Assembly: GCF_006345805.1 (NCBI RefSeq)
Contig: NC_043002.1
Coordinates: 51,212,001-51,276,000 of the forward strand
Length of the DNA stretch: 64,000 nucleotides
DNA from: Octopus sinensis
Taxonomy: Eukaryota
Direction: 5' to 3'
Below are positions 52,491 to 64,000 of the stretch, piece after piece (positions within the stretch are counted from its first letter, which is position 1; each line of letters begins with the position of its first letter). Below the pieces are notes generated by a model, which saw only the letters and a program-made list of their open reading frames with translations, was not told the origin of the DNA and ran no database searches. The translations under genes were made by a program, and so were the position numbers.

Positions 52491-53689
52491 GTACTTTCGT
52501 CCCCTTTTGCACAGAGTCTACATTTGTCCTCTGAGTTGAATCAATTTTTGTCTTGCTATAATGGTGTTTTCGTAAGCAGTCATGATCAGTGATTAAGCTT
52601 CTCATTCCAGGTTACTATCAGTTAGATGCAATCAGTGTTCTTTACTTCCGGTACTCTCAGATGGTTGTATTAATTGATCACATTATTCCTTCTCGATGTG
52701 AAGTGCCGAGACTGCTTGTGGATAATGTCTATGTTCTGAAGGAAATGGAAACGAGAGGCGTGGCATAATTTGCTTAGGAATGAATTAATTTTCTTGGATA
52801 TGGTGGTAAGTAGATCGCTAAAATACCGGAAGAAAAATTTTTTACGGCATAAGCAGAGACTAAGAATCTACTATAGTTAACGGAAAGTGGGTCAAAAGGT
52901 TCCTTGGTTTCTCACTCAGCAATGATACGATCTGATACTCCTGACTCATGAGATTTAGTGTCAGGTGATGCTAATAGGTAAGTTGTTTCGCTAGGAGATA
53001 TATGCCAAACACTGTCATATCCCTTGTTGTCAAGTGACACGATGTGATTTTCCCGGAATTTCTCAAGAGTGAATGACCTAGAGGAGAAGGCACTCGATTG
53101 ATTTTTCCCGACTGAAGCTGTGCTAATATCGGTGAAACATTGATACTTGATTTAATCGAGTACAATAATTCCTTAAGATTTGTACTTTGTACCTATTTTA
53201 GACATCCTTGCTACTAATTGTTAACACCAGTAATAAATAATAAAGGCTACAGATTAATTAACTAATTAATGTACAACGTAGAATATCCATATTATTGGAC
53301 ACTGGAAAGCTTTTCATGTAGGCATACCGACAATTCTTAAACAATAAACCTTTCACAATGATTTAAACACAAATACTATGTCGACCAACCAAGAATATAA
53401 CAGAACGATAACAGTATCACAGTCAGTCACAATAACAAAAACGGCCGTAATGGAAGTAATATCAAGGCGAAAATCACAACACAAATAACTGTGAACAGCT
53501 AACAGGAACATACAGATATCAACATAAGGTGTCACGAATATTACGAACATGATGATATGCTTGGCATCAAAAGAGCAAAAGAGCATAAACAGCATTCCAA
53601 AAGTGCCCTACGCCCTCAGCGTATTCTGCTACCCTCTTAGTTTGTCGCATCTTTTATTCTCTTATCTTTCACACTCTGCTATACATGCC

Positions 53690-53829
53690 ATATTAATCTA
53701 GCGCTCTTTTTGTCTTACTTTCTTTCTTACTTTCTTCTTTCTTTGTTTGTTTCTCTGTCTCTCTCTTTCTTTCTTGCTTTCTTTCTTTCTGTCTCACTCA
53801 CTCCCACTCTCTCACTCTGTCTGTCTGTT

Positions 53830-53861
<32 letters not shown>

Positions 53862-54361
53862 CGTCACTTTCATGCACACTAAATTGATCTCGCTTTCTCT
53901 CGCTTTTCTCTCGTTCACACACACACACACACACACACACAGAGTCTCTCCCTTATATACATCATAATTTTATTGAAACTCTGACATCTACCTCTCTTCA
54001 AATTCCTCCCCCTTTCTCTCTCTCCCCTTCTTCACCTTCTTTCCCTTCACATTACAGTTCAAAAAGTTTTTTCTTAATTCTATCTTCCTCCACTTCTCTT
54101 TCCACTCTCTCTATATATATATTTATCTCTCGTTTATTCTCCTATTCTTTCTCAACCCACTCTTCCACTTCTGTCCTTTCTCTCTTAATCTTTTCCATCT
54201 TTCTCTCTCACACACATTTCTCCGTTTCCCTCTCTTTCACATGTTTCAGTCCTGATTCCTGTTTCCCACTGCGTTTTAATCATTTATTTTTTTTAACCCT
54301 TGTCTTCACAATCCTACCTTCTTCCGGCGTCGATCCTCACACTCTACATTTAAACTCCCCA

Positions 54362-54432
<71 letters not shown>

Positions 54433-54855
54433 ATCTCTCTTGCCTTTGTTGTTATTTCTTAACTATCCATTCTACACTTTTCCCTAGATTTCTCTCTTCC
54501 CCTCAACACTATATCTCTCTCTCTTCTCAATAACAACGACAATATCATTATTTCAGACTATCCTTCTCTCTATTTCGTTTCTTATACTCCCTAGTTTCAT
54601 TTTATACTCTATTCATCACCCTTTCTCTTCACCATTTCTCTCTAATACTCCACCTATCGTTCAGTTTTCCATTTTCCCTCTCTCAGTACTTCCCAACCTC
54701 TCTACATCGCCACCTGTCTATCAAATTCATTTTATTCTCTTATTATGCTCATCTCGGTTACCCTCCGTATTCGGTCTCCTCTTTATTGATTTAAATACGT
54801 CTCTATTTCTCTTCTTTTCTACTTTACATTCAATCATTATCTCTCACGATAGCCC

Positions 54856-54893
<38 letters not shown>

Positions 54894-54900
54894 CCCTCCC
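53690..54900. repeat. Long CT-rich polypyrimidine low-complexity tract with (CT)n runs
   Basis: Direct inspection. Confidence 0.85.
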
Positions 54901-54991
54901 GTTATCTCCCCTCTAAGCTTTCTGATGCTGTGAAAAAGAGGGAAAGTCAACCGGAAAGCTAATCTAAGACTGACATCTAATGAAATCACAG

Positions 54992-55110
54992 CAGCGCCAC
55001 CTGTATGAATAAAACATAAATCATACAGACGATCGCTTACTTACATCTGCTGACGCCAGATGTCGCCAGTATGATGTGTTAGCAAGCTTAAAGAGGACGT
55101 GACACGTCAC
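54992..55110. promoter_or_regulatory. Candidate cis-element cluster (two CTCF-like motifs and a palindrome)
   Basis: CAGCGCCACCTG 54992-55003; CCAGATGTCGCC 55056-55067; GACGTG-A-CACGTC 55096-55108. Confidence 0.25.
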
Positions 55111-55295
55111 TGAATGCCGTTCTTTGCTTAGATCACCCCCTCCCCAATACCAACATTTTCTTCCTCCTTAGTTTCTTCTTTTGTTTATATGCATATATAT
55201 CTTTACACACACACACACACACACACACATACAAACACACATGTATATGTGTGCGTGTGTGTATGTATGTGTATGTATATGTATATATATATATA

Positions 55296-55339
<44 letters not shown>

Positions 55340-55412
55340 ATATATATATAATATATATATATATACATACATGCATACATATATATATATATATATATAT
55401 ATACATACATGC

Positions 55413-55471
<59 letters not shown>

Positions 55472-55647
55472 CACATACGTAGTTCTAAACATACATATAT
55501 ACATAAATATACATATATGCATACATGTATGTACATAAGTATATGTGTGTGTGTTTGTGCATGTATATACGTATGTGTGTGTGCGTTTGTGTGTGTGTAT
55601 GAGTAGATAGATAGAAGACAGACAAACAAACAGACAGACATACAGAT

Positions 55648-55830
<183 letters not shown>

Positions 55831-55978
55831 TAAAGTCTCTTTCTCAGTCATTATACAATCCTACTTGAAAGTGTTAATGTCTATATTTTTAAATCTCTAG
55901 CATTTTATCTATCTATTTACAGATGCATATATGTATGTGTGTGTTGTATGCGTCTGTGTGTGTGTGAGAGAGAGAGAG

Positions 55979-56019
<41 letters not shown>

Positions 56020-56789
56020 AAGAGAGAGATAGTGTGTCATCCTACCTACCTACCTACCTACTTACCTATCTATCTGTCTGTCAGTCTGACTGTCTGTCTG
56101 TCTTATTCTTTTATTTAGTTGTTTGCATGTTGTGTATGTTTGTTTATGAATGTTTGAAATACAAACAACTAGCTCCAGTCACACATACAAGGAGAGTAAA
56201 TCGTTTCGCGGCTTTAAAAAAAAAGATTCATAGTCCTTGTGTTGTAGGTATATTTCCATTTCTAGTTATATTTACGAAACTTTGTGACGGTTTAAGTAAG
56301 TCTACGTTCCAATCAAGTCTACCACCGAAATTAATTCTATCATCAAGTTAAGTCCACCACTCAAGATCGCTACAGGTTCCATTCAACAAAATGAAAACTC
56401 TGATACGTATAATATTAATTGTATTGCATTTATTTGAATTGTTATTTAATTCTATTACATAGATTAGATATTATGATATTGCTCATAATATCTACAATCT
56501 ACAGTACACAGACGCATACACATGCCTGTTCTCACCCTCTTACATTCATTTATGAGACCGAGAATGATGTTAAAGACAAGTAGCTCATGCTACGTTGATG
56601 ACTGAACTGGGAATCACCTAGTTAATAGCGGATTTTTCAATACGCCCGCACACGTGCGCCAACCAAACAGATGTATCCATACGCATATACATAAATACAC
56701 GCATACGAAGCTTTGCTTAAAAATTCCAGACTTTAAGGTTATTGCGAAATATTTGGCTAGGGCCCAACCTTCCGAGTCCTTTTACGGAA

Positions 56790-56922
56790 CTTAGAAAAAA
56801 CTGAAGGACCACTGAAATAAATGCGTGAACCTGAGAGGAGAATATGCTGAATAAAATCATAATTAACTGATCCTCCTTTATTTTCTTTTACCCAAAGCCA
56901 CTAACGTTTAGCACTCCTCGAA
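56790..56922 (+). mobile_element. mariner 3' end remnant
   Basis: KLKDH*NKCVNLRGEYAE* (mariner C-terminus) followed by a TIR-like cagcactcctcg-type end. Confidence 0.6.
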
Positions 56923-57367
56923 TGTCTATATATGAATAATAGGAAATGCATGCATTGAGTAACATGTTTTATTACATAATACTACAATTGTTTCAACGTC
57001 GATTCACCAGTAGAAACATTGCTGAAACATTATGGTAAATATAAACTAGACCATTTTAAATAAGAACCTGTCATGAACTGGAGTGGATGTAATCGACTTT
57101 CCCCTGCCCCAAAATATGCAACACTGGTGAATTGCCCTGTTTTCAGGCGACACCTAAAGAGACGAATATCACAGAATTCCAGATGTATATCAAATTATTT
57201 GATTGACCTCATAGCATTTGTTACCCGATACCTGTAGACGAGCTTTGTAAAGCAAGCTACGTATATACCCAAATTGAATATATATACAACCATTCTGTAT
57301 TATTTTCCATTACGTTTTTCTTGGATTAAGGTGAAGAGCTAGGAATACAAGGACAGAGCGAAGAAAC

Positions 57368-57408
<41 letters not shown>

Positions 57409-57441
57409 CTATCTATCTATCTATCTATCTATCTATCTCTA

Positions 57442-57499
<58 letters not shown>

Positions 57500-57515
<16 letters not shown>

Positions 57516-57818
57516 AAGTAATCCAAACAAGAAAACAAAAACAAAAAAAAAACAACGCAAGGACGTGGACAAATAAAGTATTATTGGACGCTCAGGAAAG
57601 AAGGGAAGAAGGAGGGTTTGAACGTTTCGAGCGGAGCTCTTCGTCGGAAACATAGGAGAAGAAAGATCCCGAGAAGGGAAGACAGGGAAAAAAAATCGCT
57701 AGTGATACAGACGAGGTCACATACTAAAAGACGGAAGTAAAAAGTAGAAGAATAATGTTTTTTAAAAGACAGGAGAGCTATATCAAAGACTGTATGGTAA
57801 AGAAAGTGAGAGGGGGAA
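57500..57818 (-). mobile_element. Penelope pLTR-like segment abutting an assembly gap
   Basis: Pyrimidine-rich minus-strand segment containing a minimal hammerhead, starting at the gap and ending in (TA)n. Confidence 0.55.
57616..57651 (-). ncRNA. 36-nt minimal type I hammerhead, family 3 (U4C core)
   Basis: gttt CCGACGA a gagc-tcc-gctc GAAA cgt T C aaac; palindromic AACGUU at stem III. Confidence 0.7.
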
Positions 57819-57918
57819 NNNNNNNNNNNNNNNNNNNNNNNNNNNNNNNNNNNNNNNNNNNNNNNNNNNNNNNNNNNNNNNNNNNNNNNNNNNNNNNNNN
57901 NNNNNNNNNNNNNNNNNN
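57819..57918. other. Assembly gap (100 N)
   Basis: Run of N. Confidence 1.
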
Positions 57919-58199
57919 AGATTAGTGCTGTAAGAGTTGTTGTTCGTATTATATTTTTCTAGTTGTCGCTGCTGTTGTTTAATTCTGGTTCATCATTCTA
58001 CTATCACTATAATTATTAGTGTTGCTAGCAATGTTGTTGAAGTCGCAGTTAGAGGAACCTTACTACTGTTACAGATGTTGAGCTGTTCTCCTTATTGTTA
58101 ACGAGAATAAGAATGCGCCTGCTGCGTTTTCTATTATTGTTGTTGTTCATAAACTGCTAAAGATACGTACACACACACGCACACATGGTATAGGTAAGT

Positions 58200-58537
58200 T
58201 GAGACCCCTTCGGTCATGACTGACTGTGGGATTGTACCTAGAAAGTTACCCTCCCAGGCATAAGTCCGGGCAAGGTTGTTTATGGAAGACCAGCAGTCGC
58301 CCACGCATACCGGCCTCACCTCTCCACGCCACTAGTGTTATCTAAGGGAAACGCAACAGCAGATAAAGCTTGGCACCTGTGACATTGCAACTCATTTCTA
58401 CAACTGAGTGAACTGGAGCAACGTGAAATAAAGTGTCTTGCTCAAGAACACAACACGCAACCCGCTCCGGGATTCGAACTCACAACCTCACGATCGCAAG
58501 CTCGACGCTCTAACCACTGAGCCATGCGGCTTCGCTA
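58200..58537 (-). mobile_element. Full-length CORE-like SINE (33071-type head, different tail) with 10-bp TSD
   Basis: TSD ataggtaagt at 58190-58199 and 58538-58547; gtgttcttgagcaagacactttatttcacgttgctccag. Confidence 0.9.
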
Positions 58538-58729
58538 ATAGGTAAGTATGCATGCGTTATTATATTATTTTGTGTCGTTGATCAAGATGTAGACAGAACA
58601 AAGGAGATTAAAACTTACTGATTATATTGAGTCGAATGCAGTTTCAAGGTTTGCCTTTAACAGTTAATTCAGCCATTCTGGCTGAATGAGTCATTAAAGG
58701 TGAAACTTGAAATCCCAGTTAAGTTACTA

Positions 58730-58786
<57 letters not shown>

Positions 58787-58864
58787 AAATTACGATAAAC
58801 ACAAGTTTATGCCATTTGTCTCCTAGAGTTATTTCACCTCTATTGTTATTTGCAACCTCTACAT

Positions 58865-59440
58865 CGGATGTCCCAAATGCAAGAACCAACTTGAAATTTT
58901 GTGTTAAACTTGGGAAGTCTGCTCAGAAGGATTGAGCATGCTTCAGTTAGATTACGGCGATGAGGCAATGGGCCGTACACAATGTTTCGAGTGGCACGGA
59001 GGAACACCCTTGGATGTCACTGAGCAATCTGGAAAACCTGCCACGAACATCATCCCCGGAAATGTAGAGAAAATTCACCGGATTGTGCATGAGGATTATC
59101 GGAAGACAATCAACGTTTAGAAGCGTTTGAGGGAGGACATTCGGTGAAAGCGACCGGATCTGTATAGCGCAAAGAATCAGATTCTTCACGACGACAATGT
59201 ATACTGTTAACGAGCTCTTCTCACTGGTGAGTTTCTGATCAAAAACAACATGGTATGGCTTCCACATCCACCTTATTCGCCAGATTTAGCACTTGTGGAC
59301 TTACATCTCTTCCCCAATATGAAAATGCAGCTCAAAGGTTGCCGTTTTAAGATCGTTGTCGAGATCAAGAGCGAATGTCAGAAGGTCCTCGACTCGCTTA
59401 CGGCGGATTCCAAAAGTGGCATGAACGCAGAGACGACGGG
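58865..59440 (+). mobile_element. Internally deleted mariner transposase
   Basis: KFCVKLGKS..MLQLDYGDEAMGRTQCFEW..SGKP; HDDN; WLPHPPYSPDLA..LFPNMKMQLKG.RF. Confidence 0.85.
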
Positions 59441-60550
59441 TTTCTTTCAGTTTCAGCCTACCAAAACCATGTATAAGACCTTTCTCGTTGGCCCGAGGCT
59501 TTATTAGAATATACTTTGCTCAATGTGCCATGCAGTAGGGCTGAACCTCAAACCATACGGTCGTAGAGCAAAGTTCTTACCACACAGCTATTTGCAAATA
59601 GCTGATATTCTTCAGATATTTCCTATAATGTACCTATTGGCCTTCCTCTCCCTCTCCCTTTCCTCCCATATTAGTTTCCCCAATCAACTTAACACAGCCT
59701 CATTTTACGGTTATATGAGAAATATACTTATCTAACTACCAGTTTAAAATCCTGATTCTTCGTTCATTTTGCAACCCAGTTTTCACTCCCTCTCTCTCTC
59801 TTGCATATACCTTTACACACTCACTCCTTTTCTTGAAATCGTTCCACTCAGCAAATCGCTTAAGTAATTTTTACCCGCAGAAAAAGAATCAAACGTTGGA
59901 GAAGAAATTTCTCTCTAATTGCTATCCTCGGCACGGAACATCACTAGTTTCGTTAGATTCTATACTTTACCCAATTTTAATACTAATTAATGAAGAGATA
60001 ATTTAACGAAACCAAAATTTATAACTCAATCCTGAATGCTGAATCTTTTTTACAGAACCTGTGGTTGTCTTTTTTCTTTTTTTTTTTTTCATTACGAATC
60101 GAACCGATTGTTAAAATTTTTACAGTTCTGTTTAAAACTATGTATGTGCATATGTCTTACCGCGTCTCTGTGTGTCTTCCTATATATATATATGTGTGTG
60201 TGTATGTGTGTGTCTGTGTCTCTGTGTATACGTACCAGTATTCAAAGGCAGCATGTAAGCATCTACGTACATATGCTCAAGTGCTTTTAAGATATGTGCT
60301 TGTCTTGTAAACTGGGGCGGAGCGTCCAAGTGATATGTCAAGTCACAAGCATACATTTGAGTGTGCATGAGTACGTGCCTATAAGCATATGCAAAATACA
60401 GACGCACATATATGTACGTATATAATGAATATGATATATATATATATAATGTATATACAATTTAAATATAGAACTGTAAATGTAATGTGTTTGTGTGTGT
60501 GTGTATATATATATATAAATGTATATAAATAAATATATGTATATACATAC

Positions 60551-60584
<34 letters not shown>

Positions 60585-60839
60585 ATATAGCTGCTGCATA
60601 TAATTGCACTATCCACATTTATTTACAAACAGCCATTTCACTAAAATGTGTATTGATCACTTTAAATGGTGGTGTACGAGATCTTTTGATACCGCATACA
60701 CCCGCTCGAAAACGCGTAGATATCCACAGACACACATATGTGTATGTACATATGTATGTATGTATGTCATAACATATATTATATGATATATATATATTAT
60801 ATATAATATATATATATATGCATATTATTTATGTATATA

Positions 60840-60893
<54 letters not shown>

Positions 60894-61015
60894 GTAGTCT
60901 GTGTGTATGTAGGCATATATGTAAATACGGGCGCATATACATATATATAACAAATTTAAATGTAATTATTATATATGTGTGCGTTGTATGTTTTTTTTGT
61001 ATGTATGTATATATA

Positions 61016-61061
<46 letters not shown>

Positions 61062-61203
61062 TATATATATATTTATGTGTATTGGAATGTATAAAATGTG
61101 TATAGATATGCACACTCATGTATATATATATGTGGTTGTGTATAATGCATAGATAGTTATGTGTGCAAGTACACATATTTTGTTTTATACATATACACAC
61201 CAC

Positions 61204-61248
<45 letters not shown>

Positions 61249-61589
61249 ATTATTATATATATATACGCTTACACGCTCACATACACACACATAGGCAGAC
61301 ACGTAGGGACAGAAGCGTACAGCATATAATACAACCAATCGCAAAAGAAAAACACACATAACTATACAAATGAATAAATATAAAACTACAAGAATCTGAA
61401 CTAAGAAGATAATTGTGTCGGTGTGCAGAATTGGTTTTATTTCAACTGTGTTGCTGCTATGATTCTGTCAATAAACATTGTTTAAAGACACATTGCTTTG
61501 ACATGCTAGGATCAGCTTGTCACTTTTGGTGAAGCTTATCAATTAGAGCTAGTCATTTGGTTGATTAATTTTCGTCAACCCGTCACCCC

Positions 61590-62010
61590 ATCCCCGCCAC
61601 CACCACGATCCTCCTTCTCCTCTTCCTCATCATCATCATGGTCGTCGTCGTCATCGTTGTCATCATCATCCTCATCATCATCCTCAGCATCTTCGTCGTC
61701 GTTGTCATCATCATCATCATCGTTGTCGTCGTCATCATCGTCGTCATCATCATCATCATCATCTTCATCATCTTCATCATCTTCATCATCATCATCATCG
61801 TCGTCATCATCTTCTTCATCATCATCCTCATCGTCGTCGTCATCATCATCATCATCATCATCATCGTCGTCGTCGTAATCGTCATCATCATCATCATCGT
61901 CGTTGTCGTCATCATCATCATCATCATCATTATCACCACCACAACCTACACTATCATCACCACGATTATTATTACTACTATCACTATGATGATGATGATG
62001 ATGATCCAAT
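61590..62010. repeat. (CAT/CGT/CTT)n compound trinucleotide tract
   Basis: Direct inspection; open in several frames (poly-S/D/I/M) with no splice or flanking coding signal. Confidence 0.9.
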
Positions 62011-62574
62011 ATATACCATCCATTGTTTTAGCTCTGACGATCTAACTAAAGACGTTCTTACTACTATCTGCCCCCAGGGAGAGCGGCAGCGTCAGTACCA
62101 GCGGAAGCACGTGCGCTGCCACCACTACTAACATCAACACCAAAAACGCCAACAAAAACATGAAGAAATCTCAAATCATTAGCAATAACAATGCAACCAA
62201 CATTACCACTACCACCATTACTATCATCATCACCAACGCAACAAACAGCACCGCTAGGAGAACGGATAACCATCACGAGAGCACATAAAAAAGAACACAT
62301 AACCATCACAAGAACACATAAGAACGCACAACCATCAATAACGCCACTGCTACCAACATCATCTCTGTTCGCTCCTCAGACATTAAATAGGCAACATTGC
62401 TATTGCTAATAGCTCTGCAGTGGCGATACCAACACCAGCACAGGCAACTTAAACAACCACCACACTATCATCACCGCTATCGTGACCATAGCCACTAGCT
62501 TCCTCATCGCCTCACCATCACCAAAAACAATAATTTGTCAGCTATCTCGTGCACTTACTCGCACACATACGCAT

Positions 62575-62639
<65 letters not shown>

Positions 62640-62804
62640 GAGAGAGTGAGAGATGCACACACATCACGCTTATAGACAAAACGGGCATCGCTACCACCAA
62701 CCGCCACAAAAACCGCTCATAATCAGAACCAGCGTGGTTATTATTTTTATAACTATGTTATCACCATTAACGACGCCAGCAAGAACTATACCTCCGCCGC
62801 AACC

Positions 62805-62835
<31 letters not shown>

Positions 62836-62904
62836 GCAACAACAACAACAAAAGTAATAATACCATCGTTCATGTTATTGGTTACAAATTGTTGGCACAA
62901 AACT

Positions 62905-63310
62905 AGCAAGTGCCGGAGAGGAGCTAAGTCAATTACATCGACCCCAGTCATCAACTGGCACATTTTTTTTTTATCGAGTACGAAAGAACGAAAGGTAAAA
63001 TCGACTTCAGTGAAATTTGAACCCCGGACGTAGACGTAGAGACGGACGACATGCCGCTAAGCATCTTACCCAGCGTGCTAACGATACTGCCAGTCTGCCG
63101 CTCTTACCATCATCCATGATACTAATTTCGCAGGAAGGGATACGTCGATTACATCGACCCTAGTGTTGAAGTGCTACTTAATCTATCAACCTCGAAAGGA
63201 TGAAAGGCAAAGACGACCTCGGCGGAATTTGACTTCAGAATGTAAAGGTGAATGAAATGCCGCTAGCATTTTGTCCAGTGTGGTAATGATTCTGTCAGCT
63301 CTACGCCCAA
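62905..63310 (-). mobile_element. Two tandem Meta-like SINE copies (62905-63110, 63125-63310)
   Basis: Match to 5975-6207. Confidence 0.8.
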
Positions 63311-63697
63311 GTCATTATCCCTAATATTACAATCAAAAACTCTACTTTTAAATCTGCTTCTACTGAACATCGCTAACTTCACCAATTTTTCTACTAATTT
63401 TACGGCAATAACCACGACTAGGTGACTGTTGATAATGTTTATGGAGTTAGTCCAATGATAACACAACGTAACAATTTTCAAGAAAAATTTGTTTATTGTA
63501 TATTTTTTTATAGTTAATCAATCCATTTTTTTCTGTTGATTCCAAAAATGAAATTATTTTTTGGTGTATCATCAACAGTTAAAAAATATATCGACTTTCA
63601 ATGTTATTATATATTCGGTATTGTTATAATATTCCGCTACTAAATGCATGTCTAATTTTCTCTTTCAGACCAATTACTAAGTTCTGTTACTTTCAGG

Positions 63698-64000
63698 ATG
63701 GCTACAAGAGTATGTAGAAGTTCTCCAAGTATATTTTGCTGTGTGTGGTTATTATATTGGAAGAAAGCGGGTATTACATAAGATCGTGAAAGGTGCCAAA
63801 TTGTGGATAAGTACAGACTCTATTTCGGGATGCCCATGGGTGACCAGGACAAACCATGGGCCCCACATGTGATATGTGGAAGCTGTCGATCTACTCTAGA
63901 AGGATGGTTAAGAGGTACAGGAAGGTCAATGTCTTTTGCCATTCCAAGGGTATGGAGAGAGCCAAAGAACCATCACGATGACTGTTACTTTTGTATGATC
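63698..64000 (+). pseudogene. Frameshifted N-terminus of a CMC/Chapaev3-like transposase, running off the window
   Basis: MATRVCRSSPSIFC(Y)VCG../YRLYFGMPMGDQDKPWAPHVICGSC..W..G..M.FAIPRVWREPKNHHDDCYFC; two frameshifts; superfamily assigned from memory of the motif. Confidence 0.6.

Noticed and set aside
61561-62045. Poly-Asp / poly-Ser ORFs resembling acidic biomineral proteins (also 28869-29123)
   Set aside because: Pure trinucleotide tracts open in multiple frames on both strands, with no signal peptide, splice sites or non-repetitive coding flank.

Overview
AT-rich eukaryotic DNA packed with microsatellites and decayed transposons. The repeat families and the extreme (TA)n/(CA)n/(TAGA)n load suggest a coleoid cephalopod, probably Octopus (inference). 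There is no intact protein-coding gene. Nearly all ORF-track hits are microsatellite artefacts (poly-YI/HT/CV) or transposon fragments. A possible spliced host gene lies on the minus strand at 10.9-14.8 kb (low confidence). Recognisable elements: HERO, R4/Dong-like, CR1/L2-like and Tx1/L1 LINE fragments; a Naiad-like Penelope remnant; several tRNA-derived SINE families; Tc1, mariner and DD37D (maT) remnants; non-autonomous Helitrons; and a Chapaev3-like transposase start. The most striking signal is three distinct families of non-coding repeats carrying type I hammerhead-ribozyme folds. (1) A ~481-bp, highly structured, tandem-plus-inverted retrozyme/pLTR-like unit with a ~69-nt stem II expansion (25.8-26.8 kb), plus a covarying remnant at 41.2 kb. 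(2) A 156-bp palindrome with a hammerhead on each strand (22.6 kb). (3) A 36-nt minimal hammerhead (57.6 kb). Families 2 and 3 share a CCGACGA (U4C) core variant. All folds were derived by eye and none has been tested for activity.
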